A program made the translations under genes and the position numbers. From contig BDGG01000002.1 in the NCBI GenBank assembly GCA_001949185.1, positions 4,888,448 through 4,952,447 of the forward strand: DNA of 64,000 nt, read 5' to 3'. The notes beneath the pieces were generated by a model. The model saw only the letters and a list, made by a program, of their open reading frames with translations, did no database searches and was not told the origin of the DNA. Shown in pieces: positions 28,035 to 40,782 of the stretch. The DNA is from Ramazzottius varieornatus. Lineage: Eukaryota > Animalia > Tardigrada. Each line of letters starts with the position of its first letter. Position 1 is the stretch's first letter.

Positions 28035-31000
28035 TCACTCTAGTGTTTCGTAGTTGTCTGACGAACTTCCCATCGAAGCCATTGCCGTGTTGACGAAAGT
28101 TTCCAGCTTATTGGGACGAGACAGGCGGGAAACTAAGGGATACTTGACAGGTGCGGACTGAGTCTTGTGAACTTGGAGGTGCTTTGGCACAGGCGGAAGT
28201 GCCGGTTGCCGTAGCGGTACTTTCTTGAATGGTGTTGGACGCGAGATCACTCCCTGCCGGTCGTTCGCGAAGACAGCGTCATCAACCTCTTCATCAATGA
28301 ACAACTGCTCGTCGTCATCGTGCGGAGAACTGTAGCTACGGCTTTGGACGACGTTGACAAGGCTCGCCAGCTCTCCCAACATGGTGAAGTCGAACAGGTA
28401 GGAAGAGGCGCGAAGAGTGATGAAGCACTTGAGCTTTTCGTGAATGTCGGCCATGGATGGGCGGGCATCGTGGGAAACTTTCCAGCAGCTCAATATGAAC
28501 TCATGACTTTAAAACGAGCTCGCGTTATTACCAAGGGTGACTACATGGGAGGTCGCCAAACGAAACGTCCAGGAGCGTTGTCTCAAGTGGCGCACGCGTT
28601 GATTGTTATCTGCTGGTAGCGTGCGCTACTTCACATCGTTATCCCAAGAGGCTCACAGTTGCCACTACTGATGGCGGGAAAGTGCGCCACTTAGAATGAA
28701 AAAATCCTGTGCGTTCCGTTTGCCGGCCTCCCTCATGGATTTTTTTCCAATGTACTTCATCTTTCAAATTCAATCTTGCAGACTGACCAGTAAATCGTGT
28801 TTGGAACTTACACAGCGTTACTGCAGATGGGCGACTGCTCCAAGCGGTAACCAGAGTTCAAGATTTCGATCAAGTACTGTACGTTACCAGATGCGTAAGG
28901 AACTGCACCTAAAAAATCAGAACAAAAAAGAAGAGCCCATTAGTGTCCCCATCGTGTTAGAGTTACCGATGGTGAGATTGAATCAGGAATTTCGTTCTAA
29001 CAAACCTAAGGTTGCTATTTCCCACATGACGACACCGAAAGACCATACATCGGTCTTCATGGACAAGCGGTGGACACCGTACTGGAGGACTTCCAGCGGC
29101 AACCACCGACTGTACGCTTCGTTGAAGTACTTGCTGGAGCTGGCATAGTTCAGGTCAGACACGTTGGACATTCCGTAGATCTTTACGTTGTAGTTGGCAT
29201 CACAGGCAATGTTCTCAGTGCAAAGAGCTCCGTGTACCAGCTTCTTGGAGTTTAGGTAGGCCTGCAAAACAGAGCAACTTCAATTCATTCAACACCATTG
29301 GAAAGGAAATAGGTCACATGGAGATGTAGTCACGCACTATTCCATGGGCGATTTTCTCTGCCATGCTCATCAAGACGCGGCCCGACAAGTCTCCTAGAAA
29401 TGCGGTGTTGGGGTGAAGTCCTGCCAGCCTTAGGGAGCAGGTACCATCGGGAAGCCTTCGAAGGATGTTCTCTTTGCGGTATAATCTGCGATCAAAACAA
29501 ATTTAGAAAAGCTCAATACTGCAAGTTATTTACATCGACTAGCCGGGGAGCTTACTGCAGAAGCTCCCTCAACGGGAAGGTGAAGGTGTGCTCCAGTCTT
29601 GTAAGGACCACAAATCCGTAACCTGTTACCTCGTCGGTGGAAGAACCCAGCAGTCGAGCGAACTGGGAACACTGTCTCAAATGTTTCAACACGTTGAGCT
29701 CATTTCGTAACCTCTCATGGGCTTCGAAGTCTCCGGGGCTTGCTACGAAGTAAATTACAGCATATGAGAGCAAAGAAAGCCTTGGGGACCAACGGGTGAT
29801 GATATTCAATTTGTTTGGAGAAACTCTGTTTACTGCAGATTCTCCATCTTACCGGCTTGCTTCACAGCCATCAAGAACTTCCCAAACGTTCCTTCTCTGA
29901 CCACGAATCTTGAGTTTGGTTTTTCGTGCAGAATCTCCGCATGTTGCTTAATATCTTGGTAGGCTGGAGTGATGAGCGGATTACTTTCCAAGTCTACAAA
30001 GAAATATTCATTACTTACAGTATCACCATATAACGCAGTCAAAAACTAGATGAAGAACCCTACCGTCGCTCACAACCATCGTGGTGGACAAGACTGGCAT
30101 GGGTGTTGTGGTCAGGAAGCGAACTTCATGCCCGGTAGAGGCGGAGCTCGTAGGGCGACTGCCGTACGTGTTGGGGACTGGCGAGGTTCTCAGCGCTTCC
30201 ATGTCGCCCGTCTTTGCTCCAGCTTTCGCCCGACGCCAGCACAGCATGATGGTCACTGCGATGCTCGAAGCGGCGAACAGGACGCAGCCGACTATTATCA
30301 GCGATGTGTACAGCCCCGAGTTGGTGTTGGGTCGGGTTTGACCAGTGGCCATCGGCTCGTCCAGACACTGACGCATTCCCAAAGCCGTTTGACGGCAACC
30401 TGAATGAAACAACCAAGGTTCAGATCTGGTTTTAAGATCATAGTCGATAACCGAGGCTCACCTGGTGTAGTGAAATGGTACTCATATCGCAGGGAATCAT
30501 CCGTGGTATTCTGTATGACGGTGACTTCGTAGCGCGTGTTATACAGAAGGTTCTCCATTTGATACCACGTACCCTAGAAAAGGTATTGGATACTTAGAAC
30601 GAGAAATACAACATGATCTTCATAAGCCGTCCTTGACAATAAGAATCCTCAAGACTTGAAAATGTGACTTACGTTACTAATCAGTGTAGAGGAGAAAGTT
30701 TGTGTCCGGTTGACTATCAGAGGCTGGACGAAGTCCGACACTGTCCTAGTCCATTCCACGACAATGGACTGCTGAAGACTGGACCGATCCACTTTACTCG
30801 GCGTATCCCACGTCAAGTTAGTCGTTAGCGAAGAGTCCATCTCTAGAAAGACAAAAGCATTTTCGAGCTGAGCAACTCGGCACAAGGAAGTACCGCTGAA
30901 TATTAAGTTACCTGTTTGGACGGTGGCGTTACGGGTCGTGGTCATAACGCGCCTTGGAGCTCCCTCGAACCAAAAGGTGGCGTTGGCAATTTCCTCCTCG

Positions 31001-31977
31001 GCGCTGTAAACGACTGAGCGGAAGGTGCAACCGTGAAGGCACTCAGGCACATTCTGTCGCAGGTAGATGTCTGATATGCGGTTAATGGGCTGCAAAAATA
31101 AATGCGTGGAGTTCCTCATGATTAAGGGACTAAAGAACGTCAGTCCTTACCTGGTACAGCTGTATCCAGTCGTCACTCGCTCTTGCTTTGAAGGATATAC
31201 TGAAGATCAGATGCCGCGAACCTTTGTAGACGATGCCGCTTCCATCCACGACGGTGTTGTTGAATCTTAGCCTATCGCTTCCTAGTAAGCTGACGCTGAA
31301 CAGGGATCTCCAGACGGAAGAACCTGTGGAGGGTATAATTACACTGTATGCAAGATTTAAAAGTAGGCAAGCAAACGAACGAGTTTCACAACGTACTGTT
31401 CGAGCGCTCTTTCGATGAATCCAGACCGTAGTATCTTTTCGCCTGTCTGCAACCTCCGTACTGCAAAAGAGCATCATTACTGGTGGCAAGAAAAGTACCA
31501 TAAATTATGGACTTACACATTCGCTTGGACTCGCGCACTGTGGCCATACTGGGGAAGGCTTGAAGTGGTCACAAGCGCAGCCATCCCAACACTGCAACAA
31601 CCTCCAGCGTTATAACATGGCATGATCGCTAACCGGAAGGAGCGATGAAGTACCGTAGGTGCAGTACTCGTACCGGTTGACAAGGTTCGCTACGGATGCA
31701 GTCGTCCAGTACGGTTACTCCGAAGATCTTGCCAAACTGAAACAACCAACAGCATGAATATCACGCCTCCGTAAATAAACACGGAAGTGAGCAATAACTG
31801 ATCAAATCCAGTTGATTGTTATCTTACCACGTTTAAACAGTCTGCCCGACAGCCAGCCACTGGAAGCCAGTCGTCCGCTCTTCTGCTCATATCCGGTGTG
31901 AATAACCCAGGACTATCGCTTTCCGCAGTCGTTATCCCAACAAAACACAACAATAAAGTAAATTGAAATAAGGCCAT
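28035..31977 (-). CDS. Receptor tyrosine kinase-like pseudokinase (signal peptide, Cys-rich box, FN3-like repeats, TM, kinase fold)
   Basis: Signal peptide MALFQFTLLLCFVGITTA; FN3-like NLTWDTP and MENLLYNTRYEVTV; TM LIIVGCVLFAASSIAVTIMLCW-RR; kinase MAVK, NEL, VHGALCTEN, KIYGM, RWLPLE, DVWSFGVVMWEIATLG, CWKVSHDARPS. Confidence 0.85.
28581..28695. repeat. Intronic palindromic repeat, copy 3 (compound)
   Basis: tctcaagtggcgcacgc followed by two right arms (gcgtgcgctactt 28619-28631; gtgcgccacttaga 28682-28695) in the enlarged last intron of the pseudokinase gene. Confidence 0.65.
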
Positions 31978-32938
31978 AGTGCAAACAAGACTCCGAAAAT
32001 CGAAGAAGCCCGAGAAACAGAAATGAAAAAAAAGCCGTTTTCCTCTTCCAGAAAGCGGATCTGATACATCTGAATCAGGGCCGTAATTTTGAATGTGACC
32101 GATGTCCATCTCACATGACATGACACTCTGACATCGGAGCGATCGTAAAACAACATACAACATACAAGTGCACAACGAAATAAGCTTTCGAAAATGGCGG
32201 AGTGGATCAAAAGCAAGCAGCTAACCAAAACCGCAGCCGGACAAATGCTCACACTTGGCTGGCTGTAGCCATCTGGTTTTCATTGACACCTATTTTGGAA
32301 GCTCATTTTGTCGTGCACTGTAGAATACTATGTGTGGCACCACTGGCAGGGTGGAGAGGAACTCTGGTCTGCTGAGAGTCTTCCCGAATCTTTCAAGCAG
32401 ACCGCCAACGGCAAAATTTTATTGTTTTTGGTGGCGAAAATTAGACAAGAACCAGAAAACTTCTTCGAGAAGTAAAAAGGACGTCGTGGAACGTACACTG
32501 TACAACCACTGGTGCGTCACAGCGTCAAACGAACCTCGGTTAAAAAGAACGGAATGTACCATAAAAATAAAAGAACACAAAGTTCAATACTGACGTGGAA
32601 AGAAAAGTCTGAAGAGTTATAACTTAAACTTGGTCGGCAGAGTAAATCATTTTCAAACCTACATTCCGTACGCTAAGGAGAAAGGGTAAAAGCATAAGAG
32701 GTTCGACAGAAGAAACCATAAGATACCATAACGAACTAGGATTTTAAACTTTATAACAAAACTAATTTAACCAGTAGTTGTAAAGTCAACTTGGAGGCTT
32801 GCTAAAGGCACGAACAGTCACAACTTCAGGTAGATGACTTAGGTTCAGGATAAGCCGCGAAGCTTCCTTGTTGGTACGTCTGCTGCGTCTGCTTGCCGAA
32901 AACGTCCAAGTCCATGCAACCGAAGCTGAAGGCACCAT

Positions 32939-35627
32939 CTACGGGGTACGAGAGTCAACGTTACAATCAGTTCGACACAAAATTGAACGTTTCTGCTTAC
33001 TGTTAACAGCTTGAGGTGTGGACGGAGCAGACGTCTGGACGAGAGTGTCCAAATCAGCCAGGTAACTCTGATTCGGGTACTGCTGCCACAGCTGAGCTTC
33101 TTCCTGGACGTTCTCCGTCACCTCCAACATGGGCGCTCGCTTCTGCACCGAGTAGTTGTTGAAGGCAGTCTCCCATGTACCGGTGTTGCGTTGCATGTCT
33201 TTCTTGCTTTGGTACTGGGCCTCTGCAAAACAGCATAGCATTTCCCGTCAGGCTCCTTGGTTAGTTTCGCATTTTATTTGGAAAAGAGAAAGTCTTGTAA
33301 TCTGGAAGTTGGATTACTTACTCATGTACTCGTCGTAGCTCATGCCGGAACCAGGAAAAGCCGAGCCTTGGTTTTCCAGTTGGCCTCTCGCGTTCATGGT
33401 TTGCGCCACCAGCAGAGCTGCTCTTTGTAGCTGGAGAGTCTTTTCCTTCTTGCGTTGCTTTCGGCGCTCGATCTCTTGTGCCACCTGCAGCTCCTGCGCT
33501 ACCCTGAGGACTTGTGCTGCCACCCGGATGCTTTCCGGTGTCAGCGCGGGAGTTCCCAGAGGGTACCCGCTGTTCGTCTGAGGAAACGAAGAACCCGCCA
33601 CCTGAGCAGGGAGGTAGGCAGGAGGGTACCAGCCGTTGTTGGCCTGGGACATGGCGAGCATGGCCGGGTTGATGGCGCTCTCTTTCCCGGCGGTGGCAGG
33701 ATCGGACACCACTCGCAGGACACCTGGTAACGCGGTGTGCAGGTTCATCTTGACGAGACTCTCGGCGGTGGTCGCTACCTTGAACTTGGGTACTTGGACG
33801 GAGTTGCCCACGATGCGACGGTAGGCTCGACAGATGTTGTCCAAGTTACCTTCGTACGACTTCAGCTCGATATATTGCTGTAAGAAATCAACCCACAGTC
33901 AAGATCCCGCTCATCAAGGATCTTGGTGCTGCAGTGAACAAGTGCGTTTCCTCAAAGGTGTTTCAAAAATCTATATTAGGTCTAGATGAGGACAATTTTT
34001 ACCTGCTGTCCTTCTGAGGCTGGAACTGAGCGGGGAGCCAGGAAATTAACATGAAGGTCCTTAGTGATGTGTTGGTGCAGAGCTGCAAAACATAAAACTT
34101 CTATCAGAGAACCGGAAAACTTTCGTTCTCAAATATATATCTACCTCGGAGACTAGCTTCGTCTAAGTTGGGCGGGATGTTGAGTCGAAGAGTGACCGGC
34201 ATCATCGACTAAACCAAGACGCACCTTCAACTATTGTACTCGTCATGTTTTTCAAACCGGGAAGAAGTTGGCTGTACAGTACCATCAGAACGATCCAGGC
34301 CGCAGCCACGCCATGGACGGAACCAGAAATGGTAACGGTTTGCTGGTCCCCGTTGTTCCCGCGTGGATTCGGGAAGGCAATCTGGACACCAGTTACCCGG
34401 GACAGCATCTTCAGCCATCGTTCGCCGTCACAGAAGACCCACATGGAAGACTGGCTGTTTGGGTGGACGCATATCGACTGAGTGACCTGGTGCTCCTCCT
34501 GCGGAAAACAATACATGTCAGAGGAAAGAAAGTTATTTCCTGGTAAAAACAGAACTCATCATTACTGGTTCAGACAGAACGGAGATTCTGGGGAGGTACG
34601 TACCTGAGGAGACGCTGAAAACATCTTGCAAATGGTTCGAACGCCCAACAAGGTGCGTGGAGACTGTGGACCGCGAATGAAGACCTGCATTTCCCCGTTC
34701 TCCTTCATGGCATAATTAGCTTCGACACCAAACACCCCACTGGTCTTGGAAATTTCCTCCACTAGCTGCGGATACAGAACCGATCGCCGAAAGTAGTGCA
34801 TCTGCTGCACGGTGTAGACAAAGTTGAACGGCACTGCTTCCTGCAGCAGACAAAAGACGAATTTCTTTACTTCATAAGGAAGGCCGACATTCAACAAGTG
34901 AACGAAGGACTGCGTGGTTAATCTACGAAACGACGTGAAACCAGGAAATTGCGAAAACTTACCCGAACTTTCTGAGCTCCTAAAATGACGTTATGAATCT
35001 TGCCTCGCACGATAACCTGTAAAAAGAAACCATTTCTCCAGCTTCGAAGTGACGATAGAACAGACTTCAAAGGCAGAAGAAAACCACTGCACAATGACCA
35101 CAAAGTGTGATGATACTTTAGAACCTAGAGAACGTAGTACCTCGTTCACCATAACACTGCCTTGTTCCACCTTTCCAGAAGCACCGTCTTTGCTGTCGGG
35201 GTAATGGATATGGCAGGAGCAAGCCGATCGCATCGCGTTAACCTTATCCCCACGGACACCGATAAGGAAGGAGTGTTCACGGTGATCCACTTCCATTTTC
35301 AGGATAACCCGGACATCGCTCTGGAATCCAACAGAATTTGAACTAGACGGACATCAAGGATTGAAGCACTCTTACCTCGACCACTGAAGCAAGAATCTGG
35401 TAGGTGTTTTGTTTCCCATTTCCCAGGCTCCGAAAGTCATACAGACCGATGGAGGATTCCAAGGAGGATGTGCTCTCAGAAGTGTCAGAGATAGAGAATC
35501 CGGAAACGCTGTCGGCTGATCTGATAGGTCCCGACACCGATGAAATATTGCGCAAAGCGGCTAGCGCTTCTGGCTCGAAGCTGAAGCAGTCATTCCCGCG
35601 GTTGAGGGGAGAGGAGACGTTAGGCAT
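32939..35627 (-). CDS. Bicaudal-C-like multi-KH RNA-binding protein lacking a recognisable SAM domain
   Basis: RVILKMEVDHREHSFLIGVRGDKVNAMRSACSCHIHYPDS matches a BicC KH domain (RVTLKMDVSHTDHSHIIGKGG...CHIHFPDS); further KH/KH-like units (VTGVQIAFPNP...VTISGS; LKSYEGNLDNICRAYRRIVG); Q/A-rich tail. Confidence 0.8.
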
Positions 35628-35984
35628 GATGAAGGAAAGAGCCGGAACTCCTGAAAAGGAAGTGATCAACTCAAGAAAGCGGACAGACACAAAACCGGCT
35701 AGACAAAAGTCTTCTGTGATTCCCGCTAGCTCTCCCTGGCTCTGGATGACACACGGAAGTTCAGAAGTGAATCTACGGGATGAACAGTGAAAGGGAACGC
35801 AAGGTGAAACAGAAGGGAAGTTGGGAAGAAGAAGTTTAGGATCATGGGGTTTTAGTTCAGCCCATGCCTCCTCGCATCCAAATTGTTTTCTCGCTTCATA
35901 GGGGCATAATAGAGGCAAATGGCGATCTTGAGTCAGTTGATTCTCGATTGAGAAAACAAACTCCAGAGTCTAGACAGCTGTAAA

Positions 35985-36004
35985 TGACGTCACCGATGAC
36001 CAAT
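35985..36004. promoter_or_regulatory. CRE palindrome (TGACGTCA) with adjacent CCAAT in a divergent promoter
   Basis: tgacgtca 35985-35992 and ccaat 36000-36004, midway between divergent start codons 35627 and 36182; motif match only. Confidence 0.3.
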
Positions 36005-36181
36005 CGAAATATATCAGTCAAACAAGTCTTGTTTGCGTTTTCCTGCTTTGGATTTTGGATTTGGAAGATCGAAACAGAGAATTTGATCCCATCTTCGGTT
36101 CAGTCTTCATCCCGCCAAGTGGTCTTGATTTCTTGAAGATCTGATTACATTTGCAGATTGATCGACTACAAAATTGGACTC

Positions 36182-38104
36182 ATGCCGAACGGATCGCCAG
36201 GATCGTTCCGAAGAAGCGTGACGGGCATCAGGAAAAGCCAGCGCGTCTCCAAACATCCGGCAGCTTTCGAGTCAGAAGACAGCAACTGCGACGCTAAGCT
36301 TTCCCAAGATGACACTGTGGATCCATGCTCCGTCCTCCCGGTCCTGAATCTGTCCCGCAATGACTACGAGCATCCTGTGATTTTTGGCGAATGGATGGCG
36401 CTGATGAAGAAGGCTGGCCCGGTGATCGACAGACCCAGTCGAAGCTCGAGCAGAAAGTCTAGCGCGGTGAGCTTCTCTCCATCGCCAACGGATAGTCTGC
36501 TTCACCATGACGAGGAGAGGTTCCAACAAGAGGTGGTCATCGCAGCCGAAGCTAATCCAGAGATCAGAGTGCCTCGAAGCATCCGCCATGTGGCAAAGAA
36601 AGCCAAAGCGGTTGACTATTCACTAACGGCGGAAGATGATCCCATGGAAGAGTGTAAGCTTCAATAAGAATCAATAAGATGAAGACAAGCTGAATTACTA
36701 AGTATTATCTTGACTTGTAGTTCTGACAGCAGTTGAGGATCCCCGAGACGACTGCGTTTCTCCAGATGGTGCGTCGTTAATTTCCGAAGATTTCTCGCAG
36801 TCTCCCCGATCGGCTTACCATACGCCAGTTAACTCCCAACCAATGTCGTTGAAGACAGTGGAAAACTCGCCTAATGAATTCTTTACCCAACCGTCGTCAT
36901 TTCCAGCGGAAGTTAGACGCGCCACTCTTTGTGTCTCCGCCAGAGAGTCTACTCATCTTGATGGCGATCGGGTTGAAAGAGAAGTCTTACTGGAGAAAAG
37001 AATCACGAAAGAATTCGTGGTAACAGTCTTTCGAGAAAGCTTTATAGACGATGCTTTGGACATTGTCAACCAAGTATCCCAGCCAGATGGTCAACCTTCA
37101 CAGCAAACTTCACAGCATTCACCGATCTCAGGCAGGTCTGCAGGAAACGAAATTTCAGCCATTCCTTCGACTAACGATAAATCCCGGTTCACGACTTATG
37201 AAATACGTACGTTGATGCAGCTAGCTAAAGAAATTTCGTTACTTCCTCATTGTGAAATCAATTCTGGTTTGTTCTAGCCGACAACTGGCCGTTTGCTGCT
37301 GTGCTGACGAAGTCGAACCCAGCGGATGGCGAGGCGGCCTACCGCTTCTCCGAGCGACCAAAGATTCTTCCAGTTAAAGTTACAGAGCAACCGGGAGTGC
37401 CCGACCCATATCAGTTGCCACTCAGAAGGATGTGGCGTCCAATGAGAAAAAACAGAGAACCTGAAGAGACTCCCCAAGAAACACCACTCTCTGCCGCAGG
37501 TGAAAGCACAGCTGTCGAAAGGGTTCCAGTCGACTCGGCAACGTTGGCCGCGCATCCTCGAAAGAAAGAACCGAAGCAGAAGAAAAAGAAGAAGTTTAAA
37601 AGAGGCCATAAGTGGAAGACATTTCGTCGTATCAAGAACCGTCTCAAAGTCGGGAACGATGAAAGCTTCTCTTTTTGGCAGATGAGTTCGTGGAACAGTC
37701 ATAGTAGCCAGCCGGAAGTAAGTGAATCCGTGCGAAATGTTTCTTCTAGTGCAGCTAGCCTCATAAGTGAACTCGAACCAAGTCAGACTAGAGAAGCGGA
37801 AACGATCGAAGAACGCGGAAGTGAAAAAGATGGTGCCGAAAGACCTACGTTGTCTGAAGGTACCAACGCACAACCAGAAGCAACAGAATTTCAGACTGCT
37901 CAAAGTCAGTTGCAACCCGACGAAGTGCCTCCGGAGTGTTCTGATGAAGAGTTGAACGTAGTCAAGAGTAGCGCTGATTCCGAAGTGGGTCTAGAGAGTG
38001 ACAGTGATACTCTCATAGCCGAATGGGCTGAGATGAGCGATGCAGTTGATTTGGCCAACGTGGCAACGCTTTTCCATACTTTGCTGCAAGAACCCTTTGA
38101 CTAG
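36182..38104 (+). CDS. Uncharacterised, largely disordered S/E/P-rich protein with a basic NLS-like tract
   Basis: Three long open exons joined by GT-AG introns (~36655-36720, ~37207-37277); KKEPKQKKKKKFKRGHKWKTFRRIKNRLK; acidic C-terminus; no family recognised. Confidence 0.6.
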
Positions 38105-38453
38105 TTTTGTCGCTCTCGCGGTTGTATTCAGTTACAGTTTTGATTTAACTTCTCTTCTTCTTTTGAAGAATTTCTGTACGTAATTAGTTTTAGTCCGCAC
38201 AACGTTGAACCACTTCCAAGTCCCTGTAGTTCATTTCAGGATCGTCGCGGGATCTAGCTTGCTGGCTCGGTTCCTAGAAAAGACTCTGCTCTGTCGTTTC
38301 GTCAGAACGGTTTGGTCATCGAAGATGAAACAGGCATAATCCGCTTGTGAATGTTATTAAGCCTCTCGGGGTTGCAATGTTGGAAGTCTTCTAACTATTG
38401 ACAGTCTTCTCAAACCTCAGGAAAACGTATGGGGAAAAGGTCAGCCTAACAGA

Positions 38454-40782
38454 TTAAGCATTTGCTACTGCAGCAGCACCCTGAGGGACTCTGCGCAGGG
38501 AGTTTCTTGGCGGTGCTGCAGGCTGAGCAACGACGACTGGGGCTACTGGTGCTGGGCGTGGAGGAGCAGCTTGCTGTTGGTTGTAGGCTCCGGTGGGATT
38601 GCTGTCCGGTAGGGTTTCGTTTCCGTCGGCGGATCCTCTCCAGTTGTTAATCCATGGGTAGAACTGAGGGCAGCGGGACGAGCCAGGTTTCAGCGGGCAA
38701 GTAAAGAACTGGCCGGAAGGACTTCCGGCGCCAACTGGTGGCAGTTCACCGCAGACGGCGTCGGCGGCTGCGCAAACGTCAGGAACGTTGGTACGGTTCG
38801 GGCATTCGAAAGCTGCAATGTTGCTGCTCAAGGGCACCGGGTTTCGGATCCAGTTCATGGCTTGGTAAACGGTGACGAAGTACACATCGGTGTGGTTAGC
38901 GAGAACTTCCTGGATCCAGGTTTGCAAAGCGGGGAAATGTCCTTCGTCGATGAACCAGCGCTAAACAAAAAGACAACATCCTACGCGGGAACCATAGAAA
39001 CAGCTTTTCGTATTGTAGATCGACAAGGGATTTGACATACCGCGTGGAAGAAGAGACCGATGGGAGCGCGGTTGGTGTTATAATGCGCCAAGAAGTTGTC
39101 TCGCAGCAGAGTCAACATGGCGTCATAATCGCGAGATGGACAGCTTTCCATCATAGAGCAGAAGTATTCTCCCTTGGAAGGTCCATCCAGGATCGTTCCG
39201 TTTACTTGGTTGATGACGAACTCCCATGTGCCAGGGAATCGACGAGTAGGGCATGACTGCTCATTTGCGGCGTAGCACTTGTGGGGTATGCGGTAGTCCA
39301 GTGTGTAGGGCCAGTACTTGATCTTCCCGGGTGGGGCCGATATTGTGTGGTCAAACAAGATATCGTTATTTCGCATGAACTGAATTTGGCGGTTGCCACC
39401 AATGCGCAACCAGGGAACTCGCATGCCTTGAAAGTAGGACTCAGAAGGAATCTGGGCGTACTCTTTCGAGATCTTTCGGTTTGTGATAAATCTACCGGTC
39501 AAAGAACTCGCTGGTTTCCATACATCGGTGTTCTTCTATAATCTACCACTTACTCGTTAACGTAGGTTCGACCAATGTCTCCAGAGTCCCAGTAATTTTC
39601 TGGCCGGCGATGGCTGAAAATAAATTCCGCTTTCGAACTGATGTAAGTAGGTGACTGACTCTTTCTTACGAAGTGGAATGAAGACCAATATCGTGTCCAT
39701 CTTTGTAAAGCTGTTGGACCAGTCGGTAGTCCGTCCACTGATGGGACAGGTAGAAGGTACCTGCAGATACTCAAGGTCATGACAGACTGACATAGCACAA
39801 TATGACACGACTTGGCATGGTTAATACCTCGGATTGGGCAGCCATTTGGGTTCTTTCGTTCCCCAGTGAACAGAGCGTCGTAGATGGGTTGCACGTTTGA
39901 GTTTACGGCGTCGTCGAATGACAGGATAACCATCTGTGGAACGGTCTTAGGATCAAGATCCCCTGGGACGTCCATTCCTGAAGTACTACAGAAGCAATCA
40001 GGGAGCTTGCACTGGTTCTTGTTGCAAACTGGAGCGGTGTTTGGGTCTTCGTCAATCTTGCAGTAAGCTTCATCCGATCCATCGCTGCAGTCTGGTGCTC
40101 TGCACAACAGTAACATGATATTTATTGATTTTGAAACGCGGTAAAGTCACCCGAGAGAAAAGACCGAGCACGCATTTGCCAAAGTTCTCACCCGTCGCAG
40201 AATTTTTCTGTAGCAATGCAGTCCTTGTTGTAACAGCCCAGTTGTCCTGGTGGGCATCCAGCTTTGTCCAAAGATGGGCGACCAGTTTCTGTCAATAAAA
40301 AAAATCCGTCAAAATCATACTGCAAATTATGGGCTCGAAAACAGGTTTGCCGCTCCCGTTTACCTACTTACTCGAGGTCGTTGCACAATTTGATTCATTC
40401 ACATTTTTCCGGTAATCACATTGTCCGCTGAATATGTTGAAGCGACGTTGTTTGCCGCAGTCATACTTGATAGTGCCAACGTCAGTACACTCAAAGAACT
40501 CGGTACACTGGGTCGATGGGTCAGGAATGTCAAAGTCTCTGATGGGACGTCTGTAGTACCCCACATCCTTGATACAGGGAACTCCTCTGACAGTGGCTCC
40601 TCCTTGTCGCACAATCCTCGTTAGTACAGGATCGGGATCAGGAGCGACGCAGTGGCCTGAAACAGAAAGCTACGGTTGCCAGACGCAGTTTTCAATGCTC
40701 GACCAAAAGTAAGAAGAAACAGCGCAAAATTACCGATGAGCTGAAGGAACGCAGCCGTCACAAACCCAGGTGTAAACCACAT
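38454..40782 (-). CDS. Chitin deacetylase, group I/II architecture (signal peptide, CBM14, LDLa, CE4 catalytic domain), serpentine/vermiform-like
   Basis: Signal peptide MWFTPGFVTAAFLQLIG; CBM14 CTEFFECT...CGKQRRFNIFSGQCDY; LDLa CIATEKFCDGAPDCSDGSDE; CKLPDCFCS, VPQMVILSFDDAVN, RKNPNGCPIRG, HSTSH, MRVPWL, WPYTLDY, NRAPIGLFFH, DVYFVT. Confidence 0.95.

Noticed and set aside
37274-37915. 213-aa hydrophobic minus-strand ORF
   Set aside because: Antisense shadow of the K/E-rich orphan exon.
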